Source of the DNA: Dudresnaya verticillata
Taxonomy: Eukaryota
Assembly (NCBI GenBank): GCA_977862235.1
Contig: OZ374557.1
Location: forward strand, 1,488,001 to 1,552,000
Reading direction: 5' to 3'
DNA length: 64,000 bases
The translations under genes and the position numbers were made by a program. Below the pieces are notes generated by a model, which worked only from the letters and a program-made list of their open reading frames with translations, had not been told where the DNA came from and did not search any database. This document shows positions 46,045-58,420 of this stretch, in pieces. Positions within the stretch are counted from its first letter, which is position 1, and every line of letters begins with the position of its first letter.

Positions 46045-49000
46045 TCTCCTACCCTTCGTGGTTGCGGAGAAACTCGCAGTCGACGTTCTCCTTGGAACTT
46101 CGTGGATGGACGCGCATTTACGAAGCATCGAGCTCAGCCCACGGAGGCTCATCACGAAGAGTGGAAGCACGATTCCGATTATCAATCGCATTGCTGGATC
46201 TGCTCAGCCCGCAATTAATTCGAAAAATCCGAAGCAGAAATCCGAGAAAACGCTATCGAAGCGACATCAACGCGAGCTCCACGATTGGGACCGAGACACC
46301 CGTACCATTCGTTTGAACCGCCGCGTCACAATACCGAGCTATTCGCAGAAGCTAGTCACCGTGACCTCGGAAGCACTCGGACTAATTCATATCGAACCGA
46401 AGCCTTCGTTACAACACCGACACGGAGCACGGTTAAAGAACGGGATACACGAAGTCAGTCCGAATCGCGAGTTTTCGGTGTTGATGGCGAACTTCACGGA
46501 TAAGCCTCGAGCCCCACCGAAGGGAACTGTCATCGGATACGCAGCTCGAAACCCGCTCGCGATTCTGACACCCGATCGCGAAGTCGCGGATTCGTTTGCC
46601 AAGGTGCTCAACATCTCTACGCTATGCGAGCACGACGACTCGAAGGCACCCGAAGAATCCGTATCCACGAAGGAAAAACGGCTCACGAAGGGCGCCGCGA
46701 CTGCAGCAGCAGAATCCAATTCGAGTTCCCGCGATTGGGAAGAACGCGTAGACCTTTCGAATATACCCGATGAAACTATGCGAAACGAGGTCCTCGAGAT
46801 GCTACGTAAGCACGAATCGATGTGGAACGGAGACCTTGGAACCATCGCAGCCACGGAGCATCGTATCGATCTACAACCCGGGACTCGACCTATTCATTCG
46901 ATGCCCTATCGTCAAGGGCCTGCAATACGTGAAATCGTCCGTAACGAAATCGACAGTATGCTCGAAGCCGGAGTAATCGAACCAGCCACCTCGGAATGGG
47001 CGTCCCCCGTAGTCCTCGCACCGAAGAAAGACGGAACACTTCGTTTTTGCGTAGATTACCGCGGACTTAATACGAAGACGCTATCCGACGCGTACCCACT
47101 TCCCCGGATGGAAGATTGTATCGATTCACTCGGAGACGCTTCGATTTTCTCGACACTCGATTGTAACAGCGGATACTGGCAGAATCCGGTTGCCCCGGAA
47201 GACCGCGAGAAGACTACGTTTACTTCGTTTCTCGGAACTTATCGTTATCTTCGTATGCCCTTCGGATTGAAAAACGCGCCCGCAACGTTTCAACGTGCAC
47301 TCGACATCATTCTATCCGGAGTCCGTTGGCAGTGCTGTCTCGTTTACCTCGATGACGTGATCGTCTTCTCCGCGAATCTTCGTGAACACATCGCGCATCT
47401 CGATCAAGTTCTCACGTTACTTCGTAACTCCGGGTTTCGCTCAAGATGAAGAAGTGCTTCCTTTTCCGAAAGCGAGTCGACTATCTCGGACACGTAATTT
47501 ACCCGGGGAAGCTGAGTATGGCCGAGAAGAGCTCCGAAGCATTCCGATACGCGAAGTTCCCGAAGACACTCACGCAAGTCCGTTCGTTCCTCGGCGCGTG
47601 TAACGTATACCGAAGATTCGTGAAAGACTTCGCGAAAATTGCGCGACCGTTGACGAGCATGACACGAAAGGACGCCGATCCCGACTACGAGAATCCCACG
47701 GAGGATCAGGTTACCGCATTCGAAACGCTCAAACGGAAGCTCGTGTCACCGCCGATACTACGGTTACCGCAACTCGGGAAAAGTTACATTATCGATACGG
47801 ACGCGTCTGCGTATCAACTCGGATGCGCGTTGCTACAGGAGCAAGATAACGAAGAATTCCAACCCGTGGGCTACTGGTCGAATTCGTTAAACGATGCCGA
47901 GAAGAACTACTTCGCAACCGAGCGCGAATGCTACGCAGTCGTATGGGCGGTTACTTCGTTGCGTCCGTATATCGAAGGGACCCGGTTCACCGTGCGTACG
48001 GACCACGATGCGCTCCGATGGCTTCTTTCTTTCACCGATTCGTCCGGGCGACGCACGCAATGGAGGCTTCGCTTAGCCGAATTCGACTTCGAAATCGTGT
48101 ATCGCCCCGGTCGCGTCCACCAGATTCCCGATGCCCTCTCGCGATTGCTACTTCCGCATCGCGAACAACCCGCAATCGACGACGAAGTTCCTACGTTTGA
48201 CTCGGATCAAATTGCAGCGAAGAACGAAGAACGTTTCCGCAACGACATTACGAAACCCATCGAAAACGAAAGAGACCCGGTTCTCATTACTACGCGATCC
48301 CGCAAAGGTCAATCGAAGCCCACTGCGATTCGCCACGACTCTACGGGAAAGACTACACCCGCGAAACGCGTACATCGAGCAGGCACTACGCCACGACCCA
48401 CGGAGGTCACCACGGGATCCGAACCCCACAATCATACGTGCCACGACGGCTGCGAACACGAACACGACGCAGAACTACGTGATGAATACGCAGGCCAAAA
48501 GGATGTCTACGATGACTGCGACTTATGGGACGATATCGATGACGATGATCCGTTTGACCTTTATCGAATTGACCCCAACGAAGAACCGAGTGACCTCACC
48601 GACGTGAAACCCGTTGACCTCCCTGCGCCGATTACGGTAACCGAAATCCTCGAAGGACAACGTATTGATTCGTTCTGCAAAACGGTGCAATCACGACAAT
48701 CGAAAACGAAGGATAGTCTCTTTCACGAAGATGGAGACGGTCTCCTGCGACGAACGCACCCAACGATTCGGAAGCTAACGCAAATCGTATTGCCCGAGAC
48801 GCTCCGACCGCGCTTGCTCACGCTGGCGCATCATTCGTTTCTCGCTGGCCACCCGGGGCAAAATCATATGTTCTACTCGCTTCGTGAAGCGTATTACTGG
48901 CCTTACATGGCCGCCGATATCGCATCCACGGTTCGTAACTGCAAATATTGCGCAAGGAATCGAATCCGTCTCCGAAGGAATCTTCACCGCTTGAAGCTCT

Positions 49001-50160
49001 TCCCCGCTACGCGCCCACTCGAATCGGTCGCGATTGACATCTTAGACCCGTTGCCACGAACGAGATCCGGACGCAAGTTCATTCTCGTGATTACGGATCG
49101 CTTTACGAAGTTGACCCAGGTGGCCACACTACGAGTAATAACCGCGTATCACGTGGCCGTTGCCTTTTGCGAAGTTTGGATATTCGAGTACGGACCGCCA
49201 GCCTCGGTGCTCTCGGACAACCGGAAACAGTTTACTTCGAAGTTCTTTCAGGCCGTCTGTCGCTTACTCGGGTTATCGAACGTATTCACTTCCGCGTATC
49301 ATCCGCAAACGAATGGACAAACCGAACGCTATAACCGCACTATCCTCGCGATGCTTCGTAACTACGTGAACGACCACCAAAACGATTGGGACCGCTACGT
49401 TTCCGCGTTAACGTATTCGTACAATTGCCACGTTCATCGGTCTACGAAGACAACTCCGTTCAATCTCGTTTTATCGCGACCGCCGCCCGAGTTCACCGTG
49501 AAACATCGCTCCCGGAAGCATCGACCAAAACCCACGGAGGACCTTCGCAACGATTTCGTTAAGCGACTCGATTTCGCCATCGATTCCGCACGCACTTCGT
49601 TACAGCGAGTTCAAAGTCGTTACAAACGCGACTTCGATAAGCGCATCCGCCACACGAAGAGCCGCGTCAAACCCGGAGACTACGTGTACCTCGATATCCA
49701 CGATGGGAAAACGAAACTTCCGAAGTTGAAATCCCTCGCGGAGGGGCCGTACAAAGTGCTCTTCAACGATACACGTACACTCGTGATCGATCGCAAGCGT
49801 CTCGTTGAACGCGTCTCCGCGGACCGCTGCATCTACGCGCCACCACCTACGAATTCGCGACCGTCGATTAAGCGACCCGAAGACATTGCGGAAAAGGTCA
49901 CCGAAGGCCCCGAATACGTTGTCGATCGCATCCTCGATCACTCGACCGACGACACCGGAAAATTCGTGTTTCGTATCAAGTGGGACGGCTACGCGACACC
50001 TACGTGGGAACCTCGTACGCACGTGTCCGAAGAACTCGTTTCGCGCTATTTCGCAAGGCTTCGAAGCCAACCGGACCCGCGTGATCCCGTGCTACTCGCC
50101 CACGAATGGCTCTCCGCCTGGGAACCCGAGTGGTTCCGTGGCCCCGACTTCGTGCTCTGA
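46045..50160 (+). pseudogene. pol: Gypsy D pol (5'-truncated): end of protease, RT, RNase H, integrase, chromodomain
   Basis: LAVDVLLG, RFCVDYR, YLDDV, DTDASAY, GHPG..C..C, QTNGQTER, GPY and YVVDRIL..IKWDGY..TWEP. One frameshift near 47432, where a G is lost relative to the copy at about 57750. Confidence 0.95.
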
Positions 50161-51056
50161 AATTCGTCGCACGATTAACGCTCCCGCTCACCCGGATTGC
50201 GCGTCGCACTGCCCTCATCACTCGAAAGGCCCCGGAGCCACACCCCGCTCTCGCCAGCCACGCGCTCACTACGTAGCTGCTCATTTCGATTGTCTCGGAG
50301 CATCCGATCACCCAGTGCCACTCTGCGCACATCGCGGCCCAACTTCGTGATCCTCGACTTCGTATTTCACGACGCGTCTCCGTCGTGCACGACCGCAGCC
50401 CCGACAAACACGCATGCCTCGGAGCAGATGGCCGCCACCTCGCACATGACGCTACTGCAGCTGCGCACTTTCGATGGCATGCGACGCACGCCAACGCAAC
50501 CCTCGGCGGCAACCCGCCGAACCACTCCTCGGCCGCGCGCCGCACGACACCGAGGTCCTCGGAGACGATACGCCACCGCATCAACGATACGCGATCACGA
50601 AGCCCTTGCCCCCACGAAGTTGCGCTCCACACCGTCGGGCGGTGTCGACCACCCCCGCCCCAACTCAGCGCCCCTCGTGAAATCCGCAAAGGCGCACCGC
50701 GCGCACCCGGTTGCACCGCGGCACTCGCATTACAGGGGCTGACACCGCGACGGACGAACGGACACGGTGCCCTATCCGTAATTTTTCATACGCGCCTGAC
50801 GTCATACTTCGAGACCGATGCCACCCGCCACGCGCACTTCGACTTTGCACCCCGCGCCTCACTTGCGACACGGAGCTCACCTATTCCGACGCACCTTCGC
50901 AACGACCACGGAGTCTCTCGCATGGCCTCGGCGCCCCATTACGCACACATTCCGCCCGCACCGATGCGACCGCCCGCACAGCTCTCCGAGGAGCGCGTAT
51001 CCGGACTCCACCCCCAGCACGTCGGCGCGGACGCCTTCCTCTTGAGGAGGGGGCCG

Positions 51057-51896
51057 TGCATGTGAAATTACGAAGTCTCGATGACGCCGCCATTCGAGAA
51101 CCGAAGCTGTCATTAAGAATCCGTTTTGTCTCCGTGATTTCCGAGGTCTTCGCGGACTCCGAAGTCTAAGTCAATCGCGATTCGCAACTCTCGGTTTGTC
51201 GCAGTCAGACCATATCGAAATTCTGCGCTTCGTATTGCATCGTTTGCACGCAGGCCAGGCCAATTCTGCGAATGCCATCGTGGCGCGCGCGATCACGATG
51301 GAATTCGCATTACAGTGCGCACCCGATACGAAATCGCTGAGACCTTCGTGATCTTCCCGTTGTTTCCTGCGCGTAACGGAACCGAGGCCGACGACGCGCG
51401 TTCACCTACACATGCATCTCTGGCGCACTTCGCAACCGCCACCATACGTGAGGCGACCGTTCGTTGGCACCGAGGCCGTTACGAATCATTCGAGTACGAA
51501 CCGTCTCCCGCGTTGACGCGCATTCGTGCTCACGTAGTATTACTTAGCCAGTCGTCTGGCACAACCTCCGAGGGTTTCCGGCAACCAACTAGCGCCCGGA
51601 CCTCGGAGTCTTCGGTAATCGCTTGTTTCTTCGAGTTCGGTGTCTTCGTCTTCGTGACCGCGGATACGGTCGAGCCTCGCTTTCGATAGCCCCGCGCACC
51701 CGGAGTCATCCCCGGTGATCGATCGCTCGAGTTCTCCCTTCCGTACACGAATACGTTGACACCGTGGTCCTTCGTGTTGGTCGCTCCGCTCTACCACGCT
51801 ACCACCCCTTTTTGTTTATCCGATAGGCTACGAGGCCATTCGTTAGGCTCCGAGGCCATTCCTTACAGTGCGAGACTTCCCCGCGTCTCCGTGGAC
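51057..51896 (+). repeat. Probable truncated long 3' LTR of Gypsy D
   Basis: PPT-like GAGGAGGGGGCCG then TG at 51057. Homologous to 33328-35971 (minus strand). Confidence 0.55.
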
Positions 51897-51907
51897 TTCG
51901 TAATACC

Positions 51908-52393
51908 ACACCGGGACGGAGGTAAGAGGAATCGGTGCACGGGGCTGGCGAGGGGAAACCGTAAAGGAGTATGAGGGTAAGGCTTAGGGTAAGTCACTTT
52001 CCCCAGGGTTGCGTACCCATTTACTGTAGGGCTCGCGGTGGCCACCCATTAATATACTGGAAGATACGCCCCGCGGTCCTGTCCGTGTGGACCAGACCCC
52101 AATGGTTCTGGTCCACCAGGTGGGTCCGGCCCTACTGGTCCCGGTCACCGTTGCGGAAATGCTCGGCATTCCAATTGGCCGGCTGACACTACGTACTGTA
52201 CAGCATTAGAATTACCTAATTACAAATAAATCAACTACTTGGCTCCTATTGGTGGTGCGCGCAGACTCCAGCAAGGCGTACAGTGCTACTGTGTCGCTGC
52301 ACTCCCGTTCGGTTTTTGGCGCCAGCTCACCGGTGCGCCGGGCGCGAGTCGGCTCAACCGTCGTCGGCACTCCACAACGGCCGCTTCACCACA
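51908..52393 (-). repeat. Partial 3' LTR of Gypsy C (U5 end missing)
   Basis: Matches 59109-59596. Starts TGTGGTGAAG on the minus strand, right after PPT GGAGGGGGGTC. Confidence 0.9.
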
Positions 52394-52408
52394 GACCCCC
52401 CTCCATAA

Positions 52409-55267
52409 ATGACTACACGTCCTCGTGCGCCGCGGGAGTTGGGTACGGACTCCGCTCAGGTGCACCGCCATGTTCCATCATCCGCTCCCTTACCAACTGG
52501 TGCATCATCCTGCACGTCAACCAACGCGTTCTTCCCATCCGGTGTGCCGCTTGCCATGGCGGGTTGCAGCACTGACCAGGGGCGGTCCCCTTTTCAACCG
52601 ACGTGGCATGCGCAGTCGACGGGGGAGGTGCCGGCCGCGGAGGTGCTCACGCAACAAGACGAAGCGCGGGCGACGACCGTATTGGAGTCTCCGACTGGGG
52701 CGGCCGGGGTCCCAGGACGTCCGGCGAGCCCGAGGGTGCCACGCTGCCAACTCAGGGGCGAGAGCCCGATGGCGAACACACCGCTTCCGGATCGTCAAGT
52801 AGGAGAAGGGGCGCATTGGCCTGGTAGGGGTAACACCGAAATGGAGTACCGCGTCAGCGGCGAGCCACGACAGGAGGGCGTCACACCGGTTGCGCCGGAG
52901 CAGCAATGGTCGACTCCGCATGGTCGGACGGGGAACGTTCATCCACTGCCGTCACCGACGAGGGGTGGCGAGATTACTCCACCTGGGCCAAGGTCGTACA
53001 CTCCAGCTGGGTATCGGGGCCTCGCGAGCTCAACCGAGTACAACGATGAGGCGACGTGGTTGGGTCGCGAATACGACCACCGCACAGGTCGGCGTCACCG
53101 CACCGAGGAGGAGCGCGACATGGTCCGCCTCCCCCTTCCCGTTTCGGTGTTCGTGATGGATTACGCCGAGACGCTGGATGGGCGCTGCTATAACGCCGTG
53201 ACGGAGTCCAGTGGGCTGATCAACCACAAGTGGTTTCCGAACCGGCGGGAAGAAATGTGGAAGTCCCGCTGGATTCACTCCGCTTGCCAGACACGGACTC
53301 CTCGTGGGTGTGACATCGTATGGGTGCGGTGTCAGGAAGAAGAGGATTATGCCGAGAAGGTGTTCCGCTTATTGGTGTCCGCACATCGGCTGCAGGATCG
53401 TCCAGTGGGTGTGGAGTTCTTGTGCTACACCAAACCGTACGATCATGGCGTACATTGGTTTGGCAATCCGCAACGGTGGTCCGACGACGCAGCGAAGGAA
53501 CACCGACTCCGTTCACGGGATCGAGATGGGCGCTGTTTGGGCAGGGTTTTACTCCACACGTGGAATACCCACGAATTCTTCCAAGTGCCTGCGTCATCGC
53601 ACCGCAGCCTCTACCTTACCGCGCCGGAGTGGTGGGCCGAATACGAGGTCACCCGCTGGCTTTCGGTGCCGACTCCGACCGTGGTAGCGTACTTCACGAA
53701 TCGGTTCCTTCGACACCATAATTGGAAAGCGTTATACCCAGGCGGAGAGAAGTCAATCGATCACCCACAGATGGCCGTTTGGGAATTAATCCTGCGTTCG
53801 GAGTGGGCGATGTTCGTGCTCTTTTCGTGGCTACAAGTTACCTATCGCGGTGTGCGTGCCAACACGAAGATGACCGATTGGAGAGCCTTCCCAAGAGACA
53901 GTACCGAGCCGGAGGGTGGCGACTGTGGGCGCATTTTCGAGTTGCCCGCCAAGGTCGTCTCGTTCATACACCAAATGGGAGTAGCCGCGCTCGTGGAGGG
54001 GACCGAGTATCCGTTGGAGCGCGTGCAACGGTTGTTCGCGATTCACGCGAACACCAACTGGAAGAAGACACCGGGTTTCGTTGGCTACCATTGGGACGAC
54101 GACCGGGTGTTGTCCGTTCCGCCGCTGAGCCCAGGGTGTGGTCTGCTTTACTATTTGTCGGCAGGGGACCCCAATCCGGTGTGGTTGCTTGATGAGGAGA
54201 TGGCCAACTGGCATGTGATGCGATCCCACGCAAGGCACTATCCGGTCACGGAGGGGCCACCGAGGCGGACGGGACACCGCGAGTGGGGTATGCCGTCTGG
54301 GGCACGTGCGCGTGGCGGGAGCCCCTTGGCGGATCAGGAAGAAGTTACACCCGTGGGAATGATAGGCATCGAGCCAACGCGTGAAGACCCGAGGGTGTTG
54401 GTGCCCCGCGAATCGGCAGAGGTTGAAGAGAGTAACCGCGATCGCGCGGCGGTACCGCCGACTAAGCCCGTAACGGTGTCTCCAAAAGGAGCAGGGGCGC
54501 AGGGGACGAAGGTTGTGTTGCCGCCCCCGGCATCACCGGCGCACACAGATGCGGTTCCACTTAGGACAGTGGTGCGGCCGAGGGTTAGTGAGGCACGTGC
54601 TCCACCAACTACGGGAGAGAAGGTTACCAGCGTGGAGACCCAGCCAGCAGCGCGGGCGGCCAAGACCGCTCATCTGGGACCCATTGGAACGCCAGAAGAC
54701 TCAGATGCGGAAGTGGCTACCACACCAATGGGGAAAAGAAAGGCGTCTACACCGTTGGGAGTGAATCCGTCCGCCACAATGCAGGGAGGTACACCAAAGC
54801 GGGGCGACGTGGTCAAACCGACGTCGACGGAGTCCAGTGACTCCATCGTCTGCGTCACACCCTTGGATCCGGCTGGTACCGCGGCAAGGCTTACCGATTC
54901 CGTCACGGTCAAGAAAGAGAAGGACACCGATGTGGAAATGGGGACGTGGTGCGACGCGGATTTGCGTGTCGATGGGGCTGCTCTGCAGCGACTCCGCGAA
55001 GGGTGTAGAGACGCGGGTATGCCTCTTCCAGCGTCGGCAAACGAGGCCATTAACACCGCAGTGCTGTGGGTCGGGCGTCTGGTGCGTCTGCGGCGCACCA
55101 TTCGAGCCTTGCGTCGTCGCATGGCAGACACCGGTAGGAGACTCACCATGATTACCGCAAGGGTGTATGATGAGGATATTCCCGACTTGGAGGAGAGTGC
55201 GGCAAAAGAGGAGGATACGGAGGCTGACCTGGCGCCACCAGCGAAGCGTCCGCGAAATGCAGTGTAA
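52409..55267 (+). CDS. Intact 952-aa antisense accessory protein of Gypsy C (same unknown family)
   Basis: Uninterrupted ORF antisense to pol. Core APEWWAEYEV..PTPTVVAY..WELILRSEWAMFV; C-terminal coiled coil and PPAKRPR (NLS-like). AATAAA at 55288. Confidence 0.85.
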   Translation: MTTRPRAPRELGTDSAQVHRHVPSSAPLPTGASSCTSTNAFFPSGVPLAMAGCSTDQGRSPFQPTWHAQSTGEVPAAEVLTQQDEARATTVLESPTGAAGVPGRPASPRVPRCQLRGESPMANTPLPDRQVGEGAHWPGRGNTEMEYRVSGEPRQEGVTPVAPEQQWSTPHGRTGNVHPLPSPTRGGEITPPGPRSYTPAGYRGLASSTEYNDEATWLGREYDHRTGRRHRTEEERDMVRLPLPVSVFVMDYAETLDGRCYNAVTESSGLINHKWFPNRREEMWKSRWIHSACQTRTPRGCDIVWVRCQEEEDYAEKVFRLLVSAHRLQDRPVGVEFLCYTKPYDHGVHWFGNPQRWSDDAAKEHRLRSRDRDGRCLGRVLLHTWNTHEFFQVPASSHRSLYLTAPEWWAEYEVTRWLSVPTPTVVAYFTNRFLRHHNWKALYPGGEKSIDHPQMAVWELILRSEWAMFVLFSWLQVTYRGVRANTKMTDWRAFPRDSTEPEGGDCGRIFELPAKVVSFIHQMGVAALVEGTEYPLERVQRLFAIHANTNWKKTPGFVGYHWDDDRVLSVPPLSPGCGLLYYLSAGDPNPVWLLDEEMANWHVMRSHARHYPVTEGPPRRTGHREWGMPSGARARGGSPLADQEEVTPVGMIGIEPTREDPRVLVPRESAEVEESNRDRAAVPPTKPVTVSPKGAGAQGTKVVLPPPASPAHTDAVPLRTVVRPRVSEARAPPTTGEKVTSVETQPAARAAKTAHLGPIGTPEDSDAEVATTPMGKRKASTPLGVNPSATMQGGTPKRGDVVKPTSTESSDSIVCVTPLDPAGTAARLTDSVTVKKEKDTDVEMGTWCDADLRVDGAALQRLREGCRDAGMPLPASANEAINTAVLWVGRLVRLRRTIRALRRRMADTGRRLTMITARVYDEDIPDLEESAAKEEDTEADLAPPAKRPRNAV

Positions 55268-55457
55268 GCGTAGTAATGCCACTTGTCAATAAAATCTTGT
55301 GATTTTTGTGAGCCCCCTTCCACTGGCGGAGGGGAAGTGGAATAACACCACTGTGGAGTGAGTCCCGAAATGGCGGGGATACCCTCCACCATACAAGGCT
55401 TTGCGTCAGGTTGACAACCACCTGATACCAGAAGTGGTTGCGCGCTTGCCGGCGATT

Positions 55458-55603
55458 CACCAATATGGAGTAGAGCCCCTTGGGCAAGGGTTCTGTGGTT
55501 CCAGAGTCCAGAGGTCATGCCCATTTTGTACCAACGCCAAGTCACCAATACGGAGTAGGGCCCCTTGGGCAAGAGTTCCGTGAACACGGAGTCCACAGGT
55601 CAT
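55458..55603. repeat. About 60-bp direct repeat, period about 85 bp, between the antisense ORF and the pol stop
   Basis: CACCAATAYGGAGTAGRGCCCCTTGGGCAAG...AGGTCAT occurs twice. Confidence 0.8.
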
Positions 55604-55649
55604 TACCGATTTTGCCAAAACCCCTACTGCGTGGGTGAGTAGCGACTGG

Positions 55650-57490
55650 CTATCGACGCGTGGGAGTTCTGCGACGTCGAGCTGCAGCGGCTGCCGTGCG
55701 TTTTCTATTCCAATAGCGGTGTATGAAGTTTTGCGGCAACTCCTCAGCGGGTTCATACGTGTACTGGTCTGGTGGGTAGCCGTACCAACGCACCTTGTAG
55801 GTCATACCCGTGGGTTCTTCGCGGTGTCCCACGATCTGCTCGATTACATACTCCGTGTCTACATCAATTGTCTCCGGCACGGGGGCAGAAATACCGCCTG
55901 GCGTTTGGGGAGTTACAGTAATACCACCTGGTGTTTGGGGTACTACTGTGGTGCCTCCCGCTTGCTGGGATACTGTACCGTCCTCGTCGGTGTGTGGCGT
56001 AACCGGCGGAGCCAATAGCGGCGCCGGTTGCACGGGAACTCGAATTGGTACCTTAGTGATGCGATCGATGTTGATGGGAATCAGGACGCCATCCTTCTTG
56101 ATAGTTACTACAGTATCCGTTGCGGTGTGCACCTCGTAGGGGCCCGTCGATCTTGGGAGGAGCTTCTTCATTTGCTCCGCAAATTCGCCGACGCGGTCAG
56201 GGCCTTGACCCAATCGGTCGCGTTCCTTCCGTTCGGTGGGCCGTAGATTACGCGGCGGGCGATCGACGTAGACTTGATCGCCACCGCGAACCACCGGTCG
56301 GAAACGCACCTTACGGTCGAGGAGGGCCTTCGACTTCAACTGGGCTGTAGTTTGCTTGGTCTGCGCCTTCTGTATGGCATAGCGCAAACGCCGCATGGTT
56401 CCCCGCTTTTGGAGTACGGACGTCATACGCCCCTCCGTAACGGTTTCTTCCAACTCCACAGGGGTGCCACGCACAATAATATCCGATGGGTGTCGAGTTA
56501 ACACCAAGTCAAAGGGAGTACTATCCGTAATCCGGTGTACCTGCATCTTATAGGAGTAGGTCAACGGCTGTAGGTATAAATCCCAATCGGTGTGGTGATC
56601 CTCGACGTAGTGTCGGAGGTGCTGCGCTATGGTTTTGTTAAACCGCTCGGCTTGCCCGTTGGTTTGCGGGTGATAGGCAGCGGTCAACAAATGCCGCACT
56701 CCGAGTAGGGCACAGACAGCGTCGAAGAACTTCGCCGTGAACTGTCTTCCATTGTCGGTGAGTACAAATTTAGGTGCGCCATACGCATACACCCAATGGT
56801 CTAAAAATTCGTTCGCCACCACGACGGCTGTAATCGTCCGTAACGGAATGCACCGTGTTAGTTTAGAAAACCGATCGGTGATGACCAGTACAAAGACGTA
56901 TCCCCGTTTGGTTTTCGGCAGCGGGCCCAGTATGTCCGTAGCGACAAACTCCAGTGGGCCACTGGCGGGAAATAGCTTCATGAACTTCTGATGCTAAAAC
57001 CGCGAGCCCTTTGTTTTGACACATGAGCGGCAACTCCGAACAGTCTCGAATACTTCGTTAGCCATATGTGGCCAATAGTAGTCTCTCCGTAAGGTGTATT
57101 ACATTTTAATTCCGCCAGGGTGTCCCGACATGAGGGTGTAGTGGGCAAGATACAGGACCCTGCCGCGCATCTGTTGCGGTACCACCGTTTGGAGTGCGCC
57201 GTCGAGGGCAGACTTGCGCACAAGAAACCCATGTCGGTCGTAGTCAAATTGTGATCCAGGGGATCCCACCGATTCGGCTTTAAGCGTGCAGAAAGTATCT
57301 GTTGTTTGAGCGGCTATGAACTCCTCACGGGTAAGGGTCTCATTGCGCATATCCTCTTGTTGGATGACCGTTTGCCGGATTGGAGTGGGTGGTACTGTAT
57401 CCTTTTCAGGCGTAGTATCAGTTTCGGTGTCTCCACTTTCAACGCCTAGGACAAGGCTGCTTGCGGCATCAGGCTGCTGGGTCTGTTTCC
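55650..57490 (-). pseudogene. pol: Gypsy C integrase and chromodomain
   Basis: GHPGG, DILGPLP, TDNGRQF, QTNGQAER, GPY and YVIEQIV..YKVRWYGY..TYEP. Stop at 57099 and frameshift near 56980. Confidence 0.93.
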
Positions 57491-57624
57491 TACAGGTATT
57501 GCCGCTCGAGGTACTCCCTTCGGTCTACGAACTAAGCTCTACCACCCCGGTGCCGTGTGAGATCACTCCTTATTGGGATTGCCGGATCAGCTCTCCTTAC
57601 AGGTGTGCCTTTCACTTCACCACA
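57491..57624 (+). repeat. 134-bp U5-end fragment of the family C LTR, inverted relative to element C
   Basis: Same boundaries as 9439-9572. The CA end abuts a D-family RT. Confidence 0.9.
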
Positions 57625-58420
57625 GGGAACTTCGCGTATCGGAATGCCTCGGAGCTTTTCTCGGCCATACTCAGCTTCCCCAGGGAAATTAAGTGTCCGA
57701 GACAGTCAACGCGATTTTGGAAGAGGAAGCACTTCTTCATATTGAGCGAAACCCCGGAGTTACGAAGTAGCGTGAGGACTTTATCGAGATGCGCGATATG
57801 TTCACGAATGTTCGCGGAGAAAACGATCATGTCATCGAGGTGAAGGAGGCAGAACTGCCAACGAACTTCGGATAGAATGATATCGAGTGCACTTTGGAAC
57901 GTAGCGGTCGCGTTTTTCAAACCGAAAGGCATACGAAGATAACTATACGTTCCGAGAAACGAAGTAAACGTAGTCTTGTCGCGGTCTTCCGAGGCAACCG
58001 GAATCTGGCAGTACCCACTGTTACAATCGAGTGTCGAGAAAATCGAAGCGTCTCCGAGTGAATCGATACAATCTTCCATCCGGGAAAAGGGGTACACGTC
58101 CGATAGTGTCTTCGTATTGAGTCTTCGGTAATCCACGCAAAAACGAAGTTTTCTGTCTTTCTTCGGTGCGCGTACTACGGAGGACGCCCACGCCGAGGTG
58201 GCTGGTTCCATTACGCCGGCTTTGAGCATACTGCAGATTTCGTTACGGACGATTTATCGTATTTCGGGCCCTTGATGGTAGAGCATCGAACGAATAGGAC
58301 GTGTTACGGGTTATAGATCGATCCGATTCTCCGTGGCTGCTATCGTTCCGAGGTCTCCGTTCCACATTGATTCGTTCTTACGTAGCATCTCGAGGACCTT
58401 GTTTCGCATAGTTTCGTCGG
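57625..58420 (-). pseudogene. pol: RT fragment of a second family D copy
   Basis: Reverse-complement match to about 46765-47561; RFCVDYRRLN and HLDD. Confidence 0.92.

Larger units (their letters stand above)
51908..57490 (-). mobile_element. Truncated chromodomain Gypsy element C
   Basis: Integrase-chromo on the minus strand, an antisense ORF, PPT at 52394-52404 and a partial 3' LTR. Confidence 0.9.

Noticed and set aside
55891..55950. 30-bp tandem repeat
   Set aside because: An ordinary in-frame duplication (PQTPGGI twice) in the integrase-chromodomain linker.
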